This document shows, one piece after another, positions 45,309 to 54,197 of a stretch of DNA of 64,000 nt. The stretch spans positions 6,863 to 70,862 of the forward strand of contig WRGA01000122.1 in assembly GCA_009787405.1 (NCBI GenBank), given 5' to 3'. Position 1 is the first letter of the stretch. Each line of letters starts with the position of its first letter. A program made the position numbers and the translations under genes. The notes under the pieces are model-generated. The model ran no database searches, was not told the DNA's origin, and worked only from the letters and a program-made list of their open reading frames with translations. This DNA is from Candidatus Azobacteroides sp. (lineage in GTDB: Bacteria; Bacteroidota; Bacteroidia; Bacteroidales; WRGA01).

Positions 45309-48242
45309 ATGGAGAAATTGGCACTGTCACTTATCGAACATCAACATTGGGGCGTGATTCTACAACCGGCATTGATTGAAGTGGATGCGTCGTCGTCCCT
45401 GAAAATACTTGAAATCCCGGGTGTTCGTTCATCTTGTTTCCCGTCATTGAACGAAAACGAACAGAAAATCGTGCGGATTGCGGAGAAATATTCCGATAAA
45501 GCATTGATGAAACTTTATTCCAAAGAAAAAACGACCGCCGATTTTTTGAGAAGGGTTTCTTCCGATACGATTCGAAACTACATTCGTCCCTGCATCGAAG
45601 GATATCATAACCAAATCATCCGGCTTTTACCTTTGGACGGCTTATCGCTGTATGTTCGTGAAGGCAGTAAAGTCCGTGTCCTTTACGAAGAAGATGCGGT
45701 TGCCGTGTCCGGCCGGCCGGCTCGGGCGTTGTTTAATTTTATCAAGGACGAATCGGGGTTCAGATACTTCATTCAGGTGAAATGGGAAGACGAAATCATC
45801 GATTTGAAAGAAAAGACCTGCTTTGAACTTTGTGCAGATCCCGCTGTTGTGGTCGTGGATCGTAAGTTGTTTGTTTTTGACGACATTGATGCCAAAAAAC
45901 TGCTGCCTTTTTTCTCGAAATCGTACATTACGGTTCCGGCTGCTTCCGAAAAATCATATATCGAAAAATTTGTGGTGAATTGCGTGAAGGAGTACGACAT
46001 CAATTCATCGGGAATAAACATGGTTGAAATCCGGCCCTGCAAAGAGGCTATCCTGTCGCTCGAAAACGATTGGAATCAACGACCGGTTTTGCGTTTGAGA
46101 TTCCGATACGGAAATAAATCGTTTCAGGCGGATTCCGGAGTCGAAAAGGTCGTGTATGCCGAAGAAAAAGACGGAAAAACAAATATCGTGTATTATTTCA
46201 GGGATGCCGTCTGGGAAAAAGGCCGGATCGATTTGCTTTTGTCTGCGGGATTGGAACGATATTCGGATAATTATTTTGTCGTCGGACTCCAAAATACGGA
46301 GGCGGAAAATCTTCCTTCGGAAGAAGTGTACACGTTGGTCGATTGGATCAGAAATCATGCGGAGGTGTTGCGGCACTTTGTTTTTGAACAGGAACATTTG
46401 CAACAAAATTATTATGTCGGGGAAATTACGTTGAATACCCGGGTCGATTCGGGACATGATTGGTTTGATGTACATTGTTTGGTCGTTTTCGATGATTTTC
46501 AAATTCCTTTCAGCCGATTCCGTCATCATATCCTGAACGGAATCAGGGAATATGTGCTGCCCGATAACCAGATGGTGGTTTTGCCTTCGGAATGGTTTTA
46601 CCGTTATTATGAAATCATGTTTTTCGGGAAGAAAAACGGCGATAATATCCGGTTAAAACGTTGTTGTTATCAATTAGTGGATGACATCGACCGGTCGAAA
46701 ATCGATGCTTGCCTTGTCGACGGAAAAGAATTGTTGCGTCCCGTGCCAGACGGCTTGAACGCTCAATTAAGGCCGTATCAGCAAAAGGGATATTCCTGGC
46801 TGATTTATCTGTATGAAAATCATTTCGGGGGATGCTTGGCCGATGATATGGGATTGGGAAAAACATTGCAAACGATTGCATTATTGCAGTATCTGGCTCC
46901 TTTCCGGAAAAAAGGTACGCCGGCTGCATGTGCCGATGAAACGGGACAGTTTTTCTTGTTTGAAGAAGATGCGCCGGAAATGAAGACCGAAAACATCCCT
47001 TCTTCGCTGCTGGTTGTGCCTACTTCTTTGTTGCATAACTGGATGAATGAAATCAAACGTTTTGCACCCGGCTTGAAAGTGTATCTTTATTCGGGAATCA
47101 AACGGATTAAGAGCAAAGACATCGGGAAAATTTTCAAGCATTATGACATCGTGATAACGACGTACGGCATTTTACGGAACGACATCGATCTGTTGCATCC
47201 GGTGGATTTCTTTTATTTGATTCTGGATGAAAGCCAATATGTGAAAAATCCGGCATCATTGACCTATAAAGCCGTCAAGCAGATTCAGGCTTCACATAAA
47301 CTGGCGCTGACGGGTACTCCGATCGAAAATTCATTGTCGGATTTATGGGCCCAGTTTGATATTGTCAACGAAGGCATGCTGGGAAATTATTCGTTGTTTA
47401 AAAAAGCATACATCAATCCGATTGTTCAAAAAAAGAGTAAAGAAAAAGAAGAAATCCTGTTGAAGATGATCCGGCCCTTTTTGTTGCGCCGGACGAAAGA
47501 AGAAGTTACGCCTGAACTTCCGCCTTTGCTTGAGGAAGTGATTTATTGCGATATGAGTGAGGAACAGAAAGATTATTATAAAAAAGAAAAGAACCGGGTG
47601 CGGAATGTTCTGATCCGGAACCTCGACCGGCAATCGGAAGTATTGCCTTCGAAAGCGTCTTTACCGGTATTGCAGGGATTAACCCGTTTGCGGTTGTCCG
47701 CGAATCATCCGGCGCTGGCCGACCGTCAATTTGACGGATCATCGGGAAAATTCGAACAAGTGATTTTGCAGTTCGAGAGTTTAAAAGCCGGAAATCATAA
47801 GGTACTGATATTTTCTTCGTTTGTCAAACATTTGAAGCTGTTTGCCGATTATTTCAACAAACAATCTTGGAAATATGCTTGGTTGACGGGCGCTACCGGA
47901 GATCGGGAAAAGGAAATCAAATATTTTTCGGAACAACAGGATGTGAATTGTTTTTTTATTTCATTGAAAGCCGGTGGAGTGGGACTGAACTTAACCGCCG
48001 CCGATTATGTTTTTATTCTCGATCCGTGGTGGAATCCTGCGGCCGAAATGCAAGCCGTTGCAAGAGCGCATCGCATCGGACAAGAGCAAAACGTAATGGT
48101 TTACCGGTTTATTTCCATCGACACGATCGAAGAAAAAATCGTAAAATTACAGCAGGAGAAATCCGAATTGGTCGAAACATTCATCAATGCAAAAAATGTC
48201 GTACATTTGTCGATGAAAGAGATCGATGAATTATTGATTTAA
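45309..48242 (+). CDS. SNF2-family helicase/ATPase with ~450-aa N-terminal extension
   Basis: LRPYQQKGYSWL, DDMGLGKTLQT (motif I), LILDESQYVKN (motif II), LALTGTPIENSL, and the helicase-C blocks FISLKAGGVGLNLTAADYVFILDPWWNPA..QAVARAHRIGQ. Confidence 0.9.
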   Translation: MEKLALSLIEHQHWGVILQPALIEVDASSSLKILEIPGVRSSCFPSLNENEQKIVRIAEKYSDKALMKLYSKEKTTADFLRRVSSDTIRNYIRPCIEGYHNQIIRLLPLDGLSLYVREGSKVRVLYEEDAVAVSGRPARALFNFIKDESGFRYFIQVKWEDEIIDLKEKTCFELCADPAVVVVDRKLFVFDDIDAKKLLPFFSKSYITVPAASEKSYIEKFVVNCVKEYDINSSGINMVEIRPCKEAILSLENDWNQRPVLRLRFRYGNKSFQADSGVEKVVYAEEKDGKTNIVYYFRDAVWEKGRIDLLLSAGLERYSDNYFVVGLQNTEAENLPSEEVYTLVDWIRNHAEVLRHFVFEQEHLQQNYYVGEITLNTRVDSGHDWFDVHCLVVFDDFQIPFSRFRHHILNGIREYVLPDNQMVVLPSEWFYRYYEIMFFGKKNGDNIRLKRCCYQLVDDIDRSKIDACLVDGKELLRPVPDGLNAQLRPYQQKGYSWLIYLYENHFGGCLADDMGLGKTLQTIALLQYLAPFRKKGTPAACADETGQFFLFEEDAPEMKTENIPSSLLVVPTSLLHNWMNEIKRFAPGLKVYLYSGIKRIKSKDIGKIFKHYDIVITTYGILRNDIDLLHPVDFFYLILDESQYVKNPASLTYKAVKQIQASHKLALTGTPIENSLSDLWAQFDIVNEGMLGNYSLFKKAYINPIVQKKSKEKEEILLKMIRPFLLRRTKEEVTPELPPLLEEVIYCDMSEEQKDYYKKEKNRVRNVLIRNLDRQSEVLPSKASLPVLQGLTRLRLSANHPALADRQFDGSSGKFEQVILQFESLKAGNHKVLIFSSFVKHLKLFADYFNKQSWKYAWLTGATGDREKEIKYFSEQQDVNCFFISLKAGGVGLNLTAADYVFILDPWWNPAAEMQAVARAHRIGQEQNVMVYRFISIDTIEEKIVKLQQEKSELVETFINAKNVVHLSMKEIDELLI

Positions 48243-48263
48243 CATTTTTATGAATTAAAAATA

Positions 48264-48556
48264 AATGATTATCGGACGTCATACGCGGTTATCCATGCAG
48301 GCGGGAGGTAAAAAATGTATCCATGTTTCAAAAAAATATTCGTTCTTTTTGTCCCGTCAGGAACAAAATATTTTCCTCTCCACATTACGTCCCTGACGGG
48401 ACTTTGGTCACCGGAGGAATTTTCTTTTCTACCAATATGTTGTCCTTACGGGACAGAAAAACAACATTTTCCGGAATGAATTTTTCAAAAATAACGAATA
48501 TTACATTTTTTACACCCCATCAGCGAGGATAAGTAGGTACAACATTCGATGGTCAT
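48264..48556. mobile_element. foldback MITE-like element, copy C (diverged ends)
   Basis: aatgattatcggacgtcatacgcgg...gtccctgacgggac...ggtacaacattcgatggtcat. Confidence 0.65.
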
Positions 48557-48694
48557 ATAAAAATATTAACGTATGAAGCCTGAAGAATTATCCCGAAGCA
48601 ATCTGTCGGTTTTTGAACAAATAAAACAGGCCGATGAGAACGGCAACGAGTAACAGATGGGATACCAAAGCGATACCTATATAAATATAAGGTG

Positions 48695-49942
48695 ATGAAA
48701 AACGAATTCGAAATAATGGCGCCCGTCGGTTCATACGACTCATTGGCCGCCGCCATACAGGGCGGCGCCGATTCCGTTTATTTCGGAATCGAAGGATTGA
48801 ACATGCGTGCGCGTTCGTCCAATAATTTTACCGTCCGGGATTTACACGAGATTGCCGCCGTGTGCCGGGAGAATAATATGAAAAGTTATCTGACCGTGAA
48901 TACGATCATTTATGATAACGATTTGGCGACAATGCGGCAAATCGTCGGCGCGGCCAAAGAAGCCGGCATTTCGGCGATTATCGCGGCGGATGTCTCTGCC
49001 ATGATGTACGCCCGTGAAATCGGAGTGGAAGTGCATTTATCGACACAATTGAATATTTCCAACACAGAAGCGTTAAAGTTTTACGCGCAATTTGCCGATG
49101 TCGTTGTTTTGGCCCGGGAACTGGATTTGACACAAGTGGCGGAGATTTACAAGCAAATCGGCGATCAAAAAATCTGCGGGCCCGGCGGGAAGCTTGTCCG
49201 GATCGAAATGTTTTCTCACGGCGCTTTGTGCATGGCCGTTTCGGGGAAATGCTATTTAAGCCTGCATGAAATGAATGCTTCCGCAAACAGGGGCGCCTGC
49301 ATGCAAATCTGCCGGAGAGGATATACCGTCAAAGACAAAGAAAGTGATATCGAGTTGGAGATCGACAACCAATACATCATGTCTCCCAAAGACCTGAAAA
49401 CCATTCATTTTTTGAACCGGATGATTGATGCGGGTGTCAGCGTGTTTAAAATTGAAGGCCGCGCCCGCGGACCTGAATATGTCAGAACGGTTACCGAATG
49501 TTACCGTGAAGCGATTGAGGCTTATCTGGAACATGATTTTACACAAGAACGGATCGATCGTTGGGATGCCCGTCTGCGTACGGTTTTCAATCGCGGGTTC
49601 TGGAACGGTTATTATTTGGGACAACGATTGGGCGAATGGAGCGATAATTACGGCTCTGAAGCAACCAAACGAAAAGTGTATCTCGGAAAAGGAATCAAAT
49701 ATTTTTCGAACATCGGAGTCGCGGAATTTTTAATGGAGACGCAATCGTTGAAAGTCGGTGACGAAATCTTGATCACCGGGCCTTCCACAGGAGCGGTAAC
49801 TACCGTTGTGGATGAGATTCGGGTGGATTTGAAACCGGTGGAAGAAACCGTAAAAGGAGAACGATTTTCCATCAAAATCAAGGAAAAAATTCGTCCTTCG
49901 GATAAACTTTTCAGGTTGGACACTTCTATTAATAAAAAATGA
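48695..49942 (+). CDS. peptidase U32 family protein (collagenase-like)
   Basis: MKNEFEIMAPVGSYDSLAAAIQGGADSVYFG is a typical U32 start. The conserved E-x-F-x-H-G-A-L-C motif is present as EMFSHGALCMAVSGKC. Confidence 0.85.
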   Translation: MKNEFEIMAPVGSYDSLAAAIQGGADSVYFGIEGLNMRARSSNNFTVRDLHEIAAVCRENNMKSYLTVNTIIYDNDLATMRQIVGAAKEAGISAIIAADVSAMMYAREIGVEVHLSTQLNISNTEALKFYAQFADVVVLARELDLTQVAEIYKQIGDQKICGPGGKLVRIEMFSHGALCMAVSGKCYLSLHEMNASANRGACMQICRRGYTVKDKESDIELEIDNQYIMSPKDLKTIHFLNRMIDAGVSVFKIEGRARGPEYVRTVTECYREAIEAYLEHDFTQERIDRWDARLRTVFNRGFWNGYYLGQRLGEWSDNYGSEATKRKVYLGKGIKYFSNIGVAEFLMETQSLKVGDEILITGPSTGAVTTVVDEIRVDLKPVEETVKGERFSIKIKEKIRPSDKLFRLDTSINKK

Positions 49943-49999
49943 CCTATATTTGCTTTTTTATTAAACTAACTTTAAAGTTTTACTAAAATTAAGAAAAAA

Positions 50000-50668
50000 A
50001 TGAAAAAGTACATTGCTGAGATGATCGGAACAATGGTTCTGGTTCTAATGGGGTGTGGTGCGGCTGTTTTTGCCGGTGCGGCGCAGCCTTTTCCTAATGT
50101 GGGTACATTAGGCGTTGCTTTTGCTTTCGGGCTTGCGGTGGTATCTATGGCTTACGCCATCGGCGGTATTTCGGGTTGTCATATCAATCCGGCGATTACG
50201 TTGGGATTATTGGTGGCTAAGAAAATCAACGGAAAAGATGCCGGCATGTATATGATTTTTCAAGTAATCGGCGCAATTATCGGTTCCGCCATATTGTACG
50301 TATTAGCCAAAGATTCCGGTTCCACGACAACGTTAACCGGTGCGAATGACTACACGGAGGTGCTTCCGGCATTCGTTGCCGAAACGGTGTTCACATTCAT
50401 TTTCCTGTTGGTTGTGCTTGGATCCACGTCTAAGAAAGCTCCTGCCGGATTTGCCGGTTTAGCCATCGGTTTGGCATTGGTGTTGATTCATATCGTATGT
50501 ATCCCCATTACAGGAACTTCCGTGAATCCTGCAAGAAGTATCGGCCCGGCTCTTTTCCAAGGTGGCACGGCGTTGGCTCATCTTTGGCTGTTTATCGTAG
50601 CTCCTTTCTTGGGTGCGGTTATTGCGGCTTTCGTTTGGAATGCGATTACAACCGAAAGTGAAAAATAA
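50000..50668 (+). CDS. aqpZ: aquaporin Z / MIP-family water channel
   Basis: 222 aa with six hydrophobic segments and two NPA boxes (HINPAITLG, SVNPARSIGP). Confidence 0.9.
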   Translation: MKKYIAEMIGTMVLVLMGCGAAVFAGAAQPFPNVGTLGVAFAFGLAVVSMAYAIGGISGCHINPAITLGLLVAKKINGKDAGMYMIFQVIGAIIGSAILYVLAKDSGSTTTLTGANDYTEVLPAFVAETVFTFIFLLVVLGSTSKKAPAGFAGLAIGLALVLIHIVCIPITGTSVNPARSIGPALFQGGTALAHLWLFIVAPFLGAVIAAFVWNAITTESEK

Positions 50669-50746
50669 AAAACACGTTTTTGAAAACCCGTACCTGTAAC
50701 ATACTCATACAAGCAAAAACAAGGCAAAAAGCCCGCGACCTTTTTT

Positions 50747-50764
50747 AAAAAGCCCGCGGGCTTT
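50747..50764 (+). terminator. terminator candidate after the aquaporin gene
   Basis: The palindrome aaaagcccgcgggctttt. The motif aaaaagcccgcg recurs at ~50726 and ~50812. Confidence 0.55.
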
Positions 50765-51079
50765 TCGTATAATCGTAAGGACGAATTCCCGAAAACGTCG
50801 GGACGATTTTCAAAAAGCCCGCGGGGATTTCCTTATTTCATCTTTTCGACCGTTTTTCGATCGGGAAAACAGGCCACATACCCGTCCCGGCATTGTAGAC
50901 TAAAGTTTTTTATATCATTTTTTAATGTCGCCGGTTACTTGACTTATCCAAAATTTCTATTTCAAAAAGGCGTTCAGCTTCTTATATTTTTATTTAGTAA
51001 GATATATGAAATACTTTGTGGTGGTATTCTACAAAGTATACTATATAATTAATTGATATTCAAATTATTATATTATTTT

Positions 51080-51418
51080 AATGATTATCGGATGTTATGC
51101 CCGGCCCTCCCTGCAGGGAGATGTAAAAAATGTGTCAATGTTTCAAAAATATTCATCCTTTTTTGTCTTGTCAAGTACATTATATCGGTAAAAAAACAGC
51201 ACCCCTTCCCCCCTCTCCCGCCGGGAACAAAATGTTTTCTTCTTCACATGACGTCCCTGACGGGACTTTGGTCACCGGAGGAATTCTCCTTTCTACCAAT
51301 ATGTTGTCCCTGACGGGACAAAAAACAACATTTTTTAGAACGGATTTTTCAAAAAAACGAATATTACATTTTTACACCACACTTGGGGAATAGATAGGTG
51401 CAACATCCGATAATTATT
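51080..51418. mobile_element. foldback MITE-like element, full-length copy D (filled site)
   Basis: The termini are aatgattatcggatgttatgcccgg and ggtgcaacatccgataattatt. A paralogous uninterrupted flank exists at ~52950-53040. Confidence 0.8.
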
Positions 51419-51551
51419 TTTTTATTAAATACATTACTATAGCATTTAACATCATAAAAATTATTATACATTGATTTTCAATTATATATATTGATAATGA
51501 GTAATGGGTTATAATTGTTAAATACGCATTAATTCTATTGTAATAAATTAT

Positions 51552-51875
51552 AATGATTATCGGATGTTATGCCCGGCTCTCCCTGCAGGGAGATGTAAAA
51601 AATGTGTCAATATTTCAAAATATTCGTCTTTTTTTGTCCCGCCGGGGACATTATATTGGTAAAAAAACACCCTCCCCTTCACCCCCTGTCCCGTTAGGGA
51701 CAAAATGTTTTCTTTTTCACATTACGTCCCTGACGGGACGTTGGTCTCCGGCGGAATTCTTCTTTCTACCAATATGTTGTCCCTGACGGTACAAAAAACA
51801 ACATTTTTTAGAACGGATTTTTCAAAAAAAGAATATTACATTTTTACATCCCATTTGGGGAATAGGTAGATACGA
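51552..51875. mobile_element. foldback MITE-like element, copy E (right terminus truncated)
   Basis: Same left end and interior as copy D. The right end stops at ggggaataggtagatacga and runs into repeat Y. Confidence 0.75.
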
Positions 51876-52286
51876 TGAAATTCCTATTTATATTCAAAAA
51901 TAAAAAAATATTCAAAACAAAGATTTTATATATCCAAGAAAACCCTTATTTCCTAAAATACCCTTAGCAGCCTTGGATGTCTCTTTTCAGTCTTCTCTCT
52001 TATTTCCTTATTTTCAGTCTTTTAATAAGAGGAAATAAGGGAGGTTGTAGATGTTATTTTCTGCTACTGAGGGAATTTCTTAAAAATAAGGGCAATACAA
52101 AAAGAACGTGTTTTCAAAAAAAATAGACCTATATCTTTCACATCCATGTATATTTTAATAGTGGATAAGCATTTAAAATTTTAGCATGCAATATAATTCA
52201 AACAATCTTTAAAATATTTGTGGTAATGTCCTACAAAGTGTATTATTATAATTAATTAATATTTAAATTATTATATTATTTTTTAT
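51876..52286. repeat. repeat Y, copy 1 (~410 bp, part of a ~735-bp tandem unit with the truncated MITE)
   Basis: 51552-52286 and 52287-~53015 align by eye over their whole length. Confidence 0.75.
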
Positions 52287-52612
52287 AATGATTATCGGAT
52301 GTTATACCCGGCTCTCCCTGCAGGGAGATGCAAAAAATGTGTCAATGTTTCAAAAAATATTCATCCTTTTTTGTCTTGTCAAGTACATTATATCGGTAAA
52401 AAAACACCACCCCTTCACCCCCTCTCCCGCCGGGGAGAAAATGTTTTCTTCTTCACATGACGTCCCTGACGGGACTTTGGTATCCGGCGGAATTCTCCAT
52501 TCCACCAATATGTTGTCCCTGACGGGACGGAAAACAACATTTTTTAGAACGGATTTTTCAAAAAAACGAATATTGCATTTTTACACCACACTTGGGGAAT
52601 AGATAGATACGA
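52287..52612. mobile_element. foldback MITE-like element, copy F (right terminus truncated as in E)
   Basis: It has the same truncation junction (ggggaatagatagatacgatgaaattcc) as copy E. Confidence 0.75.
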
Positions 52613-53015
52613 TGAAATTCCTATTTATATTCAAAAATAAAAAAATATTCAAAACAAAGATTTTATATATCCAAGAAAATCCTTATTTCCTAAAATACTC
52701 TCAGCAGCCTTGGATATTTCTTTTCAGTCCTCCCGCTTATTTCCTTATTTTCAGTCTTTTAATAAGGGGAAATAAGGGAGGTTGTAGATGTTATTTTCTG
52801 CTACTGAGGGAGCTTTTTAAAAATAAGGGCAATACAAAAAGAACGTATTTTCAAAAAAAATAGACCTATATCTTTCACATCCGTGTGTATTTTAGCAGTG
52901 GATAAGCATTTAAAATTTTAGCATGAAACATAATTCAAACAGACTATAAAATATTTGTAGTAATATCATACAAAGTATATTATTATAATTAATTAATATT
53001 TAAATTATTATATTA
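52613..53015. repeat. repeat Y, copy 2
   Basis: Aligns with 51876-52286. Its 3' end equals the sequence that flanks copy D on the left. Confidence 0.75.
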
Positions 53016-53152
53016 TTTTTTTATTAAATACATTACTATAGCATTTAACATCATAAAAATTATTATGCTTTGATTATCAATTATATATATATTGATAATG
53101 AGTAATGGTTTATAATTGTTAAATACGCATTAATTCTATTGTAATAAATTTT

Positions 53153-53490
53153 AATGATTATCGGATGTTATGCCCGGCTCTCCCTGCAAGGAGATGTAAA
53201 AAATGTGTCAATGTTTCAAAATATTCGTTTTTTTTGTCCCGCCGGGGACATTATATCGGTAGAAAAACACCCTCCCCTTCACCCCTTGTCCCGCCGGGGA
53301 CAAAATGTTTTCTTCTTCACATGACGTCCCTGACGGGACTTTGGTCACCGGAGAAATTCTCCTTTCTACCAATATGTTGTCTCTGACGAGATAAAAAACA
53401 ACATTTTTTAGAACGGATTTTTCAAAAAAAGAATATTACATTTTTACATCCCATTTGGGGGATAGATAGGTACAACATCCGATAATTATT
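53153..53490. mobile_element. foldback MITE-like element, full-length copy G
   Basis: aatgattatcggatgttatgcccggctctccctgcaagg...ggtacaacatccgataattatt. Confidence 0.8.
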
Positions 53491-53499
53491 ATTATTATT

Positions 53500-53732
53500 T
53501 TACAGTAAGTTAAAAAAATATATTTTTTAGAACACCACCGATTCATAATGACAGCATGTCCCTGCAATCCATTATCATCAGTCCCCAATAAATTACCATC
53601 AGGGTCATAGACAGGATACATTCCTGTCGGGGCTGTGTAACATATCGGATTCCCGCCGCAGAACGAATACATGGATTCCCGCGGACGTTTCTCCGTCCAT
53701 GGATCAGCTTGCCGGAACAGCCCCGGACACAA
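53500..53732 (-). pseudogene. isolated degenerate RHS core-end/tip remnant
   Basis: The minus strand gives ADPWTEKRPRESMYSFCGGNPICYTAPTGMYPVYDPDGNLLG. Compare DPLAEKRPWESPYLWCGGNPMNAIDPDG in the orphan modules. It abuts MITE copy G. Confidence 0.6.
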
Positions 53733-53735
53733 AAA

Positions 53736-53765
53736 CTCTTAACTCTTAACTCTTAACTCTTAACT
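53736..53765. repeat. heptamer tandem repeat (ctcttaa x4)
   Basis: Four perfect ctcttaa units plus a partial unit, lying between the RHS remnant and rnpB. Confidence 0.9.
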
Positions 53766-53784
53766 TTTTGCTATTTTTGCACAT

Positions 53785-54130
53785 GCAGTAAATCGGCTTG
53801 TCGCTTTTTGTTTTTCAAAAAGAGGAAAGTCCGGGCAACACAGAGCGCCGCACTTCCTAACGGGAAGTTGTTCGTAAGGACAAAGCAACGTAACAGAAAA
53901 TAACCGCCTTATTCGTAAGGTAAGGGTGAAAAGGCGAGGTAAGAGCTCACCGTTTTTGTGGCGACACAAAAAGCTGTACGGCTTGCGGGTTGCAAGGCCA
54001 TGTATACCGACGCGGTAGGGTTGCTCGCCCGATGTCGGGGGGTAGGCCGCTTGAGTTCCGGTGCGAACCGGAATCCAGATAAATGACAGGCATTCGGAAG
54101 AATACAAAACCCGGCTTACAGATTTACTGC
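53785..54130 (+). ncRNA. rnpB: RNase P RNA, bacterial type A
   Basis: The P1 helix is gcagtaaatc (53785-53794) paired with gatttactgc (54121-54130). It has GAGGAAAGTCCGGGC, GGGTGAAAAGGCGAGGTAAGAGCTCACC and the 3' conserved ACAAAACCCGGCTTA. The listed minus-strand ORF 53760..54107 is therefore spurious. Confidence 0.92.
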
Positions 54131-54197
54131 TTTTTTAATCTCCTATTGTTAACAAAACGGCTTGCGGACTATACGCGAGCCTTGTATTGATGTTCCC

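Noticed and set aside
51130-51393. Family of ~65-105-aa ORFs with similar peptides (MLSLTG.KTTFF..., MIIGCYARLSLQG...) at 48323..48532, 51053..51313, 51130..51393, 51553..51786, 52288..52602, 53165..53386, 57548..57838 and 57581..57850
   Set aside because: They lie entirely inside copies of the foldback MITE-like repeat and occur on both strands and in shifting frames. They have no consistent start or stop. The peptide similarity is a by-product of DNA repetition.
50669-53500. Possible CRISPR array, given regularly spaced repeats in a gene-free region
   Set aside because: The repeats are >300 bp with internal palindromes. The 'spacers' are themselves duplicated (X/X', Y/Y'). No cas genes are present and no short 25-40-bp direct repeat is visible.
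53760-54107. 115-aa minus-strand ORF
   Set aside because: It is antisense to a textbook RNase P RNA on the plus strand, with the GAGGAAAGTCCGGGC, GGTAAGAGCTCACC and ACAAAACCCGGCTTA blocks and P1 pairing.
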